The notes under the pieces: generated by a model
Databases searched by the model: none
What the model was told of the DNA's origin: nothing
Seen by the model: the letters and a program-made list of their open reading frames with translations, nothing else
NCBI GenBank assembly: GCA_030390025.1
Contig: CM059431.1
Coordinates: 129,644,001-129,708,000, forward strand
Length of the DNA stretch: 64,000 bases
DNA from: Squalus acanthias
Lineage: Eukaryota
Direction: 5' to 3'
Translations under genes and position numbers: made by a program
Shown here: positions 1 through 12,296 of the stretch, piece by piece
Layout of the letters: each line of letters opens with the position of its first letter
How positions within the stretch are numbered: the first letter of the stretch is position 1

Positions 1-47
1 GCTCTTGGACCATCATTTCCAAGGTTATATTCAAGAAAAATAACATT

Positions 48-796
48 GGCTCCAATATTAATGGGGAGGCAGGAAGGGTGCGGGGGAGCCCGGTACCGGG
101 CGAAGAACCCAGCAAGGCCAGGGATTTGGAGGCCTTATCGATCTGAATGTCAGTGCCTCATTTAAATAATTTTGTGCAGACTCCCGCCCAACAGCCAGAC
201 AGATTGACTGATTGGCCAGCGGGTGGGAGCGGACATTTAGCAATAGGAGGCTGCAGTCGGCGACCCGTGGGAACCTGTGGATCTCGGCAGTAGGTGGGGG
301 TGGAGGGGGAGCCTCAGGCTGTGATCAGGATGGGGGTGGAGGAAGGCTGAGGCCATGATTGGAAAAGGGCGAGGAAGGCTGAGGCCACGATTGGGAGTGG
401 GGAAGTGGGGAGGTCAAAGCTGGGGAGGTTGAAGGCTTCCTTGTGAGGCCTGGTGGGGAGCAGTCCTGCTACTCTGGCCCACAAGGATCTTCAAACCAGG
501 TCTGGTCCTCTTCTGGCCAAACAGCTCCTCCCATGTGTTGCTGCTGCCTGGCAGCATATACTTCCTGTGTTGATGTTAAAAATAAGTGGCCGCGCCAATG
601 ACATCATCGACCCGTGACTTTTGCATATGAAGTAGACCTCCGCCTGCTTTTAGCGGGAGTCTTGTCCTGAATCTGTAAATATTTTGGCGGCCAGGAATGA
701 GGTCAGGTTGCTCGATTCCGATATTTTAACGCCTCTCCCCCCACCCCCACGACCCTCTTCTGCCCGTTTGGGGGGAGCAGGGTTAAAATAGAGGCC
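48..796. mobile_element. Probable non-autonomous Harbinger-type MITE
   Basis: Imperfect TIRs GGCTCCAATATTAA and (reverse complement) GGCCTCTATTTTAA, flanked on both sides by ATT (45-47, 797-799). GC-rich subterminal sequence resembles the other MITEs here. Confidence 0.5.
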
Positions 797-1365
797 ATTG
801 TTTCTATTGACACATCTCATTTTGTCTATTGTATATTAAAGTGCTCTCTTTATTTTGGGGATTATTTAGAATTGATAATATAAATTTACGAGACTATGTA
901 CAGAAATTTATACAGAAAATGCTCCTCTAGAGAATACATTTATAACTTTGGGTGCCTTTTAGGATTCAATTCTAAACAGATTAGCAAACCATAAGGTTAT
1001 TAATTTTATATTTCTCTGTAGCTATTCACAAAAGGACAATGCTTCCTTTAAGAAACAAAGTAATCGAACAGATCATCAAACTACAAAACAAGACAAAACT
1101 AACTTGTTGTTGATAATATTTAATTTGTCCCCCATTTATCAGTTAATATTCTTCTCTTTAACTTCTCCACTTGGGTAACTATTTTGTGCCTTTTTGCATT
1201 ACTATTTCCTTGTAACTGATGAAAAATGCTTCCCAGCCAATCAACACATCACCTCTACACCTTTCACTGAAGGCCCACCAGAGGTAACAATCTCATCATC
1301 TGCTGAATCGTGGATGCAAACCTCTTTTTTTACATGACATGGCAGATTACACTGCTAAACCATTT

Positions 1366-1715
1366 TTTAATTCATTCATGGGATGTGGCCATCGCTGGCA
1401 AGGCCGTCATTTATTGCCCATCCCTAATTGCCTTTGAAAAGGTAGTGGTGAGCTGCCTTCTTAAACCGCTGCAGTCCATGTGGTGAAGGTACTCCCACAG
1501 TGACTTTGTCGTAGTGTTTGGTACAACTGAGTGGCTAGGCCATTTCAGAGGGCATTTAGAGTCAACCACATTGCTGTGGGTCTGGAGTCACATGTAGGCC
1601 AGACCAGGTAAGGACGGCAGATCTCCTTCCCTAAAGGACATTAGTGAACCAGATGGGTTTTTATGACATTACTGACACTAGCTTCAGTAACATAACCACT
1701 ATGCTACCGTTCCCG
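1366..1715 (-). mobile_element. tRNA-derived SINE (internally deleted) with a LINE-derived 3' tail
   Basis: Minus strand starts with a tRNA-like head (GGTAGCATAGTGGTT). The tail (...GGCAATTAGGGATGGGCAATAAATG...CATCCCATGAATGAATTAAAAAA) matches the 3' end of the LINEs at 40557-41026 and 58711-60516. Confidence 0.75.
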
Positions 1716-1939
1716 TATATGCATTATCAGTATGCCTCATGACTGAATTAAAATGTAAATCTATCAATCTAACATATATATATATAATATATGTGTGTAT
1801 GGGTGTGGTCTAATGGTACTTCACCTGAAGGTGGCGCTGTAAACAATGTGACCAATTGATAGAAATGGGGTTGGATCTCGTGTTACATGAGGGCTACCAA
1901 ACCAACAGACAAGAATCACAACCATTAGCCTCAGTTAAA

Positions 1940-2250
1940 ACTTTCCCCACCCCACCACCAAATGAGCAAATATTTGGAGATCAATCCACCCTTCACCGCT
2001 AAGAAGGTTTCAGCAGATAAGCCCTCATCCCATCAGAAAGATTTCAGTCCTAACTCCCCCACCCCAACAAGCTAATTTTCAGTGATCAACCCCCCCCCCC
2101 AAATGAGCAATATTTTAACCCTAACTCCCTCCCCACCACCACAATGAGCAATGTTTCAGTCCACTAACCCCCTTGCCATGAAGCAAGATTTTGGCCAATA
2201 ATCTCCACTCCCCAATGGATGCATTTTCTGTTTTAACACACCCATTGGAT
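1940..2250. repeat. Degenerate minisatellite, units of about 40 bp
   Basis: Recurrent unit of a C-run, then (CA)AATGAGCAA-like, then ATTT/TTTCAG, then TAAC. Confidence 0.5.
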
Positions 2251-2998
2251 GCCAATCCCTTCCCCCCAACCTCCACTAGCTGTTCATGCCTCAATCCAAA
2301 TTCCTCTCCTTGAACTCTCCCTTTGCCCCTCACCCACCTCATCCCCTCCGTGCTCAGCTTCACCTCTTCTCCCTACTTCCCCTGCCCCAACCCTCCCTCT
2401 TCTCCCTTCTTTCCCTCCACTTCTCCCCCATTGGTTTCCGCACCCTCTAACCCTGCTTGACCTGAAAATAAATCAAATTGGTCCTATCTAGCCATTAGCA
2501 ATGCTACAGATCAACTAGTACTATACATCCTAATATCTATGTGCACTGTCCACACTACATGACATCCTGTTGTCAATTTTTTGTCACACTGTGTTATATT
2601 CCTATGTCTGTATTTATGATGGGTCAGAATTTGCTCTCAAAATAACAGTGAGGCTAATGGCATTCGCCATTATTTAGGAGCAAATGATACACCAACTTCA
2701 GGCGAGGGGGCAGATGCGCGGTTAAACTCAAATATCCAAAAGTTGCTGTCTGAGATGCGCTGCTCCGTCGGTACCTTCACGAAAATGGCATCTCGCTGTC
2801 TGCCTCGCCATTGAAAGGCATTGAAAGGCATGAAGTTGCAGTACTTGCATGGTAGATACAGACTAAACTCGCCACAGAAAGTTAAGTCTTGTCCATTTCA
2901 GCCTAAGTATTAATTACTGCCAGTCAAACTCTTTGGTTGGTAAAAAAACACAAAAGTTAAAAGAGCTTGCAATCACATCTCTGCATTCTGAACACATA

Positions 2999-3844
2999 GG
3001 GCTGGATTTTGTGAATGGAGACGAGTTGGAGGCGGGACTACTGCTTGTTGTGTCAATGTTCCGCCTCCATCCTCGCCTGACCAACCAGAGGGATTTTCCC
3101 CTGATTGACCTTGTTAAGCCCTCCCTGCGGGCTCAGCAGGCCAATTAGGGAGGAAGTCACTGACAGAGCACGTCAACATCAGATGTGTTATCTGTCAAGA
3201 CTTCTTGAAAGAAGAAATGTCAGCGTTTGACAGCTCTGTGAGGCTGTCAAACACTGACATTCTGTGTAGTTTGATGAGTCCTTGTGTTCAGGACTCATCA
3301 ACCTTTCAACTTTGTAAATTTCACATGGCTGTTGGTTCGGAGGTTCCAACAGCCAGTCTGTGAAATTGACAAGGAGGATGTCGGCTCTCCCGATCCAGCG
3401 CGGCTGAAGGCTGTAGGAAGAAAACAAGGAAAGTGAACATTTTTTAAAACTTATCACTCACCTTGCACACTTACCACTCCACACTTGCACCCATCACTCA
3501 CCTCTACATTTTACTTCCAGGTGCCTCTGACCGCTGCAGACCTCCTTCACGTCTCCTCCAACCCGGCGGGGTTCTCCGAGGTCGGGAAGCCTTCACCTGT
3601 GAAGGTAAAATGACACTAATCCTTTTTTCTGCCTGTTAACTACCTGTTAACAGGCAGTTAAAAGGATTAAATGCCTTTCCCGCCTCCAGGAGACGGGACC
3701 CGAGGCAGCACATCTTTCCCGCCTCCTGGCAAAAGGGCGCAGAGGCGGGATGGGGGCGGGTTTGCCATCCACCCCCACTTTCTCCTAATTTACCAGCTGT
3801 CCCGCCTCCATGCCCACCTCCTCGGGGCTTGAAAAATCCAGCCC
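2999..3844. mobile_element. Non-autonomous Harbinger MITE (846 bp)
   Basis: Perfect 12-bp TIR GGGCTGGATTTT / AAAATCCAGCCC and 3-bp TSD ATA (2996-2998, 3845-3847). Confidence 0.9.
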
Positions 3845-4591
3845 ATACACTTTGCAAGTTTTCCAACAGGCAATCTATGTTGAAGGGCAAATGTGTGTCC
3901 CCTCATCCTGTGAAATTTGAGAGTTTCTTTTCTTTTTTCCAAAAGACTTTAAAGAAACTAAAGATTGAATTCTCAAAATGTTTTATTTTATTTTAGGCAA
4001 GTGATGAATTTATATGAATACAGTATGTTACAATTATGCTTTTTCTATTATGAACTCCTCATAGAAAACAGAACCAGCATATGTTAACATAAATCATCAT
4101 GAGAGAGACATTGGAATAACAAAATCAGTTCATTTATTCATTGATGTTTAGAAACAAGGGAGGAAAATTTATAGCCGCCACAACAGTTGCTGGTGTCAGC
4201 GCAGCTTCAGGTTAACGGCTGCTGAAAATGGACGAAGTGCTACCGGAGAAAAATTTGTGTTGGGGGCGAAAGATTTTTAGCCCAGTGCTAACTTGCCATG
4301 TAAAACGCCCTCCTGGTGGCATTAGTGCTGCCATGGGAGTCCCATCCAGGAGCGGCGTTCGATGTTCCAACAGCCTCTGGAAGCGAGGCAATGACGTTCG
4401 CTAGAATTGTGGGAAATTAAAAGGGCAAAAAAAATTAAAATTAAGTGAAAAAATGCAGTTTTCAGCCATTACTGCCTTTTAAAACAAAATTAACTTTAAG
4501 AAGAAGTCCCAAATAGGAGTCTTCAGCACTTAAAGCTGAATTCCCTTCCGCACCTAAATAAAATAAGAAAAGTGCTTCAGCACTAGCACAA

Positions 4592-5470
4592 ATGGCTCAG
4601 CAAGCCAGGGAAGGGGCACCCAGGGTCTTGCATGCAGCACTCCAGCTTTGTGCAGGGGGTCAACCCTGCAAAAGAAGTCCTCTACCCACAGGGGCCAGGA
4701 GGCCCTCCAGAAAGAACGATATGGGACCACATCACCGACGCCGTCACTGCCAGCAGTGTCGCCCCCACCATCTGGCTCCAGTGCCCAAAGAAGCTTCAGG
4801 ACCTCATACCATTGGTCAAGGTCAGTGAATGCATCTTCAAAAGCCATCTCCTACCAACTGCACCACTAGCCTCACTCACTGCTCAATGCAAGACTCCCCT
4901 CCACCCCCAATCACTCACCTACCAACAATCTGCACCAATCACGAGGCACATCTCCCATTCCTAGCTTCACCTCACCCCCTTGGAGAAGACAGTGCAGGCC
5001 ATTCTTGGAGAGGCATGGCTGAGCCCTTGACCAGCGGCGGGGCTGAAAGGATACAAGATGCTGGTATCCTCATAAGTTATCCTCCTTATGGCATGCACCT
5101 CTTGCTTTCCTGCCCTCCCCTCACCACAACTTCACCCTTGTGCCTTCCTCATTTCACACACCCAAGAATTGCAGCCTGCCCAGCCAGTGCTTGGCCAAGA
5201 ACAGGGAGAGGAGAGTGAAGAAGAAGAAGAAGAAGAAGAAGGAGAAGGAGAAGAAGAACAACAACAACAAGAAACACCGTCACTCGATTTTACACTCCCA
5301 GCCACCAGCTGGTCAACCAGCAAGGCCCATTTGCAGTCTCCCCCACTGAAAGTCAGCAGCCTTCCACCAGCCATGCTGCAGCCACTGGGGTAGCACTGCG
5401 TAAGAGCACTAGGATAGGCAAAGGTACACGCAAGACAGTCACGAAGAGAATGCATAAGGGGGATGAGTTG
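4592..5470 (+). pseudogene. Harbinger Myb/SANT-like gene remnant (H1)
   Basis: MAQQAREGAPR... and LQCPKKLQDL (Myb helix 3), donor AAG/GTCAGT at 4820, acidic exon-3 remnant; frameshifts and deletions. Confidence 0.75.
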
Positions 5471-6406
5471 ATTTCTTGAAGTCATATTGAATGGATAGAT
5501 GTATAAAGTTGGATTGGAAAGTTTGCTTTGTGGTGGCTTTTATTTCAGCATCGTGGCCAAGAGGACGCTGTGGTGGTCAGTTACAGAGGGAAGATAAGGT
5601 ATGGGACTAAAGTTGAAAGGGGAATTGGGGTTGTGGTCACTGGGACTGCAGGCGTATGATTCCAGCCCAGATATCCCGGCAAGAAAGGGGCTGTCTGGGT
5701 TGCATCCTTCCTTCTGCTTCCTCCTCTTCTGTTTCTTCCTCTTCTGTATCTTCCTCTTCCCTCTGCGAGAGGATGCTGTAAATCTGAAATTACAGCATAA
5801 AATGCTGGAAATACTCAACAGGTCAGGGAGCATCTTGACCTGAGATGTGGGCCAGAATTTTCCCGCTGCTCTGCGTGCAGGTTTGGAGGTGGGTCTGCAG
5901 TAAACGTTACATAAAAAGGTTGCGCGTTGGGAACCACCGTCATCCCACCTCCTCGCACTTTTAACTCAGGCGTGTTTGCCAGCACAGCATGGACCCGAAC
6001 AGCAGAGGCGGGCGACCTAATTAAGCTCATTAAAACCCTGTTGTCTGACCCTTAACAGTGTTTTTAACCAGACCTTTTGAATTTTACTGGATGACCACGG
6101 GAATCACGCAGCTCGGGAACCACGTCTGCCAACCTGAGGCAGAAGCTCAGTGGATCATTGTGCGAGGTCATTAATGCAGAGCATGGAAGTCCAAATAAAT
6201 ACTCCCACTTTACACCTCATTATTTGCCGAAGTGAAAGGCTCTTGCTGACTCCATTTTGAGCATAGATTTAGGTGTCTTGAGTTTGCAAGTCTTTTCTGC
6301 AACCTCGGAAGCCACTCTCACCTCATTGATACTAACTATCACAAGATTGACAGATTGCTTCTCTGAATTCTACTTGACCTGCCATCTATTACATCAGCAT
6401 GGGTGA

Positions 6407-6600
6407 TGTCGTAAGAATGAGCCTTACGCGTGGTAAACTTAAAATAAGCTTTAATCAACTAAAAAGGTGCTACATACAAAAGAGGTCTTACTCTATGCCT
6501 CTCCAGGATCCAACTGATCAGTCCAGTATTTATCCTGGACTAATCACAGGAAGTGATGCAATAAAGTTCGAGTCACAGGAAGCTGTATTGTGTTACCACA
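6407..6600 (-). repeat. Gypsy 3' LTR
   Basis: Direct repeat of 10618-10811; preceded on minus by the purine tract GGGGGGGGAGAA. Confidence 0.95.
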
Positions 6601-6687
6601 TTCTCCCCCCCCAAAAGATTAGGAGGCCGGGATGCTCCCTCCATTTCGTAGCCACTGGACGAGGGAGAGCCACACCCGTTTGGGTTC

Positions 6688-9600
6688 TCATAGCGGTAGA
6701 GGGCCCCTTGCCCGTTTACCCGCCGCGGGCCGTGGACCAGAGTCCGAGTGATCCAGCCCGCTCTGTGAGGGGTCAGGACGATCCTGACTGTGTACTGGTG
6801 CCCGAACGGGTGTCGGGCAGGGCTGTGGCAGATCCGTTTCCGAGCGTACGGTACAGGGTGGATCGTGGCTGCGCGTGCGAGCCCCGACGGGCTCATAGTC
6901 AGTCTGCCCCAGGTCGGCACGCTGGAGTGAGGTACCAGCCGGCGTCAGATCCAGATTGTGATGAGAGGCACCTGGCGAGCCCAGAGATGTGCCTGGTACA
7001 ATATCATCCCCTGGTGTCCCTCTATGTTTCGGCGGGCAGGGAGCCAGATCCCGCAATGACACGGTAGATTCCCGACCGTCAGGATACCGAATATAGGCGT
7101 AGGTAGGGTTGACGTCAGTGAGCTCAACCTCATCTACCAGGGGGTCATTCTTAGACGCCCGGACATATCTTCGGAGTAGGACTGGTCCCGGTGCAGTCAA
7201 CCACAACGGGAGAGATATCCCATAGTATGAGCGACGCTGAAATCGGAAGAACCGTTCATGAGGCGTCGTATTTGTGGCGGTCGAAAGGAGGGACCGTGTG
7301 GAGTGTAATGCGTCTGGAAGTACTGCTTCCCATTGCTGGTTGGGTAGGCCCCGAGATCTCAAAGCCAGACGTACCGCATTCCAGATGATAGCGTTAAAAC
7401 GCTCGACTTGCCCATTCCCGACCGGATGATAAGGCGTCGTTTTGCTGGCAGCAATACCCCGTTCCGAGAGATAGGCCTTGAGTTCTCCTGACATAAAAGA
7501 AGGGCCCCGATCCGAATGAACATAGGATGCCATGCCACAGAAAGCAAATACCTGCTCAAGGCAGCTGATAACCGTGGTCGTCAGCATATTGGGGCAGGGA
7601 AAGGCAAACGGAAAACGGGAATACTCATCGACCATGGTCAATAGATAAGTGTTGCGAGTTGAAGAGGGCAACGGCCCCTTAAAATTGATGCTAAGCCGTT
7701 GCATTGGCTGGGTCGCATGTATGAGTATACCCCCCGAGGGGCGGAAAAACCGAGGTTTCAATTCCGCACAGACTCTGCAGTCCGAGCACATCTTCTTTAC
7801 ATCCCCGGTAGAGAATGGGAGATTTCGGGACCGCACGAAGTGTAGCATGCGAGTAACGCCCGGATGACACAACCCATCATGGATGTCTACGAGCGTAGAG
7901 GGTGCCATGGCGGAGCAGAATGCTCGTGTGAGGGTATCCGGAGCCACATTCTCCTTGCCAGGTCGATAGTGGATGGTGTAACCAAAAGAGGCCAATTCCA
8001 GCCGCCAAAGCTGGATTTTATTATTTTTAATTTTGGTCCGTTTTCGATTATCGAGCATGAAGGCGACCGATCACTGGTCCGTGATTAAGGTAAAGTGCTG
8101 GCGAGCTAGGAGATGACTCCACTTCCGTACTGCCTCTATGATGGCTGTAGCTTCTTTCTCGACTGGAGGATAATGTAGCTCAGCCCCTTGAAAAGTCCTG
8201 GACAAAAATGCCACCGGACGACCTTCCTGATTCAGAGTGGCCGAGATCGCCACCTCCGAGGCATCACACTCAACAACAAAAGGAAGACTCTCATCGATGG
8301 AGTGAAGAGCCACTTTCTCCAACTGTTTTTTCAGGAGGTTAAAGGCTGCAACAGCTGCTGTGTCTAGTGGGAATGTGCTGGCCTTCAGTAGAGGTTGGAT
8401 TTGGTCCGAGAAGTTAGGAATCCGCAAGGAGGCCGGATTCTTAGGTGGCGGGAGTTCTTGGAGTGGGCGAAGCCTTTCAGGGTCAGGTTTAATGATGCCA
8501 TTGCCCACACAATAGCCAAGGATGTTGATGGTTGGTTGTGACTCAATGGATTTAGCCGCATTTAATGTCAAATTACAGTGCTGGAGTGCATCCCAAAATC
8601 GTTGGAGATTGGCGTCATGTTCCCGCTGATTGCGACCTGCGACAGTAATATTGTCCAGATAAGGAAACGTATCCTTCAAGTCTTCCTGTTTGACCAGGTC
8701 ATCCATTGCTCGCTGGAAGACAGCCACTCCATTAGTGACCCCAAAGGGGAGGCGACGAAATTGATACAGCCGTCCATTGGCTTCAAAGGCCGTATACTGC
8801 TTGTCTGAGACCTTCAAGGGTACCTGATGATAGGCACTTTTCAGATCATATGTTGAGAACACCGTATACTCAGCCAGTTTATTAACCATATCATCGATGC
8901 GCGGCAATGGGTATGCGTCCAAGTCCGTATATTGATTGATGGTCTGTGAATAGTCAATGCACAGCCGTTTCTTGTGAGGTTGTAGAGGGTTCTTAACAAT
9001 AACGACCTGGGCGCGCCATGGCGACGAACAAGGCTCGATGATATCCTCTGCTAAAAGCCGAGAAATCTCAGCCGCAATAAAAGACTGGTCTTCCTGACTG
9101 AAACGTCGTGACTTTGTTATAATCGGTTTGCATCGAGGAGGGATACTGGCAAACAGTGAGGGTTCATCCAGTGAAGCTGCTGACAATGCACAGAACGGTA
9201 ATCGAGGTCGTATATTAGAAATAGTGAGTTCAGGTTTGGATCCGCCGAACTCAATGGTGAGCTTCTTATGCTGCTTTTGAAAATCCAGCCCTAAGATAAG
9301 ATCACTACATAAGTCCTTGAGCACCGAAAGCCGGGTGGAGGGATACCTGTGACCGTGAAGTGTTATTTCAACCATACAAAAGCCAGAAATTCTGGTATTA
9401 AGTGATGACTGAGCCATCGCAACTGCCTGGTCCGATGGGAAAACATGTAGCTTTAACTCTGCAACAATCTGTTCCCTAATGAAACTATCAGTGCTACCTG
9501 AGTCAATTAAGGCATCTAAAGTATGTCCATTAATTGATGCTTTTGTAGCTGCATGGAATAGGTTCTGAGGACAAGCAGCTGTAATTGGTGTTGTTGCACA

Positions 9601-10539
9601 AAGAGTGGCTGAAACTCTAGGTGTGTTTCTTCGAGAGGAAACCCGAGAGGAAGCACGATAGATTTTAGCCGGAACATCTTGATAGGCCCTTACCGGGGCA
9701 GTTCGGTAGGACTTAGCTTGATAAGCCCTCGTAGAGGCTCTTGATAGGCAAACCTTTGCAAAATGACCCTTTTTGTTGCAATGACTGCAAAACACATTGC
9801 GAGCAGGGCAGAATCTCCGAGGGTGAAACTCATCACCACAAAAGAAGCATTTCTTAGATTGCCAAGAGGCTGCCACAGTGGGGTCATCATCCTCTTCATC
9901 AGTGAAGTCATCAGATTGATCGTCAGGGATAAAGTCCTCCCTAATAGAGTTCACCTGTGGCCTCTTAAATTGCCTGACTGTAGTTAAGGCAGTAGACCGA
10001 GGTCTGGGCACTGTATAAAGGTCTGCATTTCTTTTTGCCAGATCTAGAGAGCAAGCCATGTCATAAGCTCTCTGAAGCTCAAGTGTCTTACTTTCCAGTA
10101 GACGCTAGCGTATAAATGGGGAGGCAAGCCCGCAGATGAAAGCATCACGGATCATTTCTTCACGGTACAGCTCAGCTGAGGCCGCCTGAAAGTTACAGTC
10201 CATACTAAGTCTGCGAAGCTCTTGGAGGAATTTATCAATGGATTCCTCCGGCCCTTGTTGGGCTGTAGCTAGTAGATGTCTGGCATAGACCTCATTCGGT
10301 GTCTTAGTATATAGTCTCTTAAGCATCCGAATTGCTTCCTCGTAACTGTCCCATTCCTCCACATACTGAAATACATTCGGGGTGACACAGTTGATGAGTA
10401 TCCGCAACTTTGAGTCATCATCAGCCTTGCAATACTCAAGAAAATTGTCAAACGTGCGATACCAGTGTTTCCACACCTTACCGGCTGCTAGGGTGTTTGG
10501 GTCCAAGTCAAGACGCGATGGTTTAAGGATGTTTTCCAT
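6688..10539 (-). pseudogene. gag-pol: Gypsy gag-pol, single frame with in-frame stops
   Basis: ORFs 10105-10539, 8071-10059 and 6688-8058 are in one frame. CCHC knuckles, protease LIDSGS, RT (YLDN), RNase H (CDAS), HHCC and integrase core. Short in-frame deletion at PASLR/IPNF. Confidence 0.92.
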
Positions 10540-10617
10540 GATGGGTGATTCCCTGGATCCTTAGTTCCGAGTTCGTCCAAAAAGTTTGAGTGCGAAGTTT
10601 TCCAAAGTTGATTAAAT

Positions 10618-10811
10618 TGTGGTAAGAATGAGCCTTATGCGTGGTGAACTTAAAATAAGCTTTAATCAACTAAAAAGGTGCTACATACAAAAGAGGTCTT
10701 ACTCTATGCCTCTCCAGGATCCAACTGATCAGTCCAGTATTTATCCTGGACTAATCACAGGAAGTGATGCAATAAAGTTCGAGTCACAGGAAGCTGTATT
10801 GTGTTACCACA
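10618..10811 (-). repeat. Gypsy 5' LTR
   Basis: Direct repeat of 6407-6600, upstream of gag on minus. Confidence 0.95.
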
Positions 10812-12296
10812 GGTGACTTACCTTGGTCCTCAGAATCGGACCAGGATGAACCCCAACACCAGCAGCAGCAGGTACACTAGCAGCAGCAGCAACAACAACA
10901 GCAGCCTTCTCCTCAACGACCTGATGCTCCACAGGATAGAGGGCATCAGCGCAGGGCTGCACTGCACCGGAGGCGATACCCCCAACACATGGTATACAGG
11001 CAGAGGATGAGCTTCCTCAACATGACTGAGCAGCAGTGCCAAAGCAGGCTCAGGCTATCGCGCCAGGTCATCGCAGACATTTGCAGCTTGCTGGAGCAAG
11101 ACCTGCAGTCCAGAGGTCCTGGTGGACACACCTTACCTGTGGCTGTCAAAGCCCTCAACTTCTTTGCCTCAGGCTCCTTCTAGGAACCTGCAGCAGACAT
11201 TTGCGGCATCACGCAGTCGGCTGCCCACAGGTGCATCACACAGGTCACCGATGCCATATTTGACAACTCAGCCAATTATATCAACTTTGCCACTGATGAA
11301 GCCAGTGTTACTGAGCAGGCGATTGGCTTTGCCACATTGGCTGGCTTCCCACGGGTGCAGGGCATCATCGACGCACACATGTGGCCATCAGGGCACCCCC
11401 ACATCACCCAGGAGTGTTTGTGAACCGCAAGGGCTTCCACTTCCTCAATGTGCAGCTTGTCTGCAACCATAGGAAGATCATCATGCATATGTGCACCAGA
11501 TTCCCTGGCAGCTGTCATGACTCTTTCATCCTGCGCCAGTCCACCCTCCCTCAGCTCTTCGCACCGCCAAACACACTTACCGGCTGGCTGCTTGGAGACA
11601 AGGGCTATCCACTGAAGACGTGGCTCATGACATCCTTGAGGAGGCCAAGTACTGAGGCTGAGGAGTGGTATAATGAAAGCCACATGTCCACCGGATGTGT
11701 CATAGAGCAAACAATAGGCATGCTTAAGATGCACGTCAGATGCCTTGACAGATCTGGAGGAGCCCTTCAGTACACACCAGCCATGGTCTCCAGAATCATT
11801 GTCATCTGCTGCGCACTGCACAGCATAGCACAGCAACGAGGATTCGCACTGCATGAGGAACAAGGCGCAGAGCGCACAGCCTCTTCAGAGGAGGAGGAGG
11901 AGCAGGAGGAACCTGAGGTCCAGATGCCAGCAGCACTGGAGCACATTACTGCCCAGGAGGCCAGGGATGGCCTCATCATGGCCAGATTTACTTAACTTGC
12001 TGCATTACACCCATATGGCTGCCACATGCTGTGCCGGGTTCCCCCGCCCCACCAAAAAAACCACCATAAAGCATCCCTACAATGACCAAGCCATTCCTTT
12101 CACACTGACACCGATTGCTGGAGTTAACGTTATGTCTCACCATTTACTACAACTCACTAAGCCACTTCCAAAGTAGCATACAAGAATGGGCATGACCGAA
12201 AAGAGGTGAAAATAAATAGTTTTATATGTGTCATAACATTACCGGAACCTTAACAATAACACTTCTTTAAACACCCACGTGCTTACCTTTGTGCAT

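Larger units (their letters stand above)
6407..10811 (-). mobile_element. Ty3/Gypsy LTR retrotransposon, full length (4405 bp)
   Basis: 194-bp TG...CA LTRs (6407-6600, 10618-10811) with 3 differences seen, 5-bp TSD GGTGA (6402-6406, 10812-10816), PPT at about 6601-6612, gag-pol on minus. Confidence 0.97.
6399..11995 (+). pseudogene. HARBI1-like Harbinger transposase pseudogene (H2), split by the Gypsy insertion in codon 3
   Basis: ATG at 6399 continues after the TSD at 10812-10816. Motifs [46 protein letters not shown]; stops and frameshifts. Confidence 0.9.

Noticed and set aside
1940..2250. CRISPR-like array
   Set aside because: Units are degenerate with no constant repeat and unique spacer pattern; the context is eukaryotic.
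6399..7067. 222-aa plus-strand ORF
   Set aside because: Chance fusion of the H2 start codon with the antisense Gypsy LTR and integrase tail.
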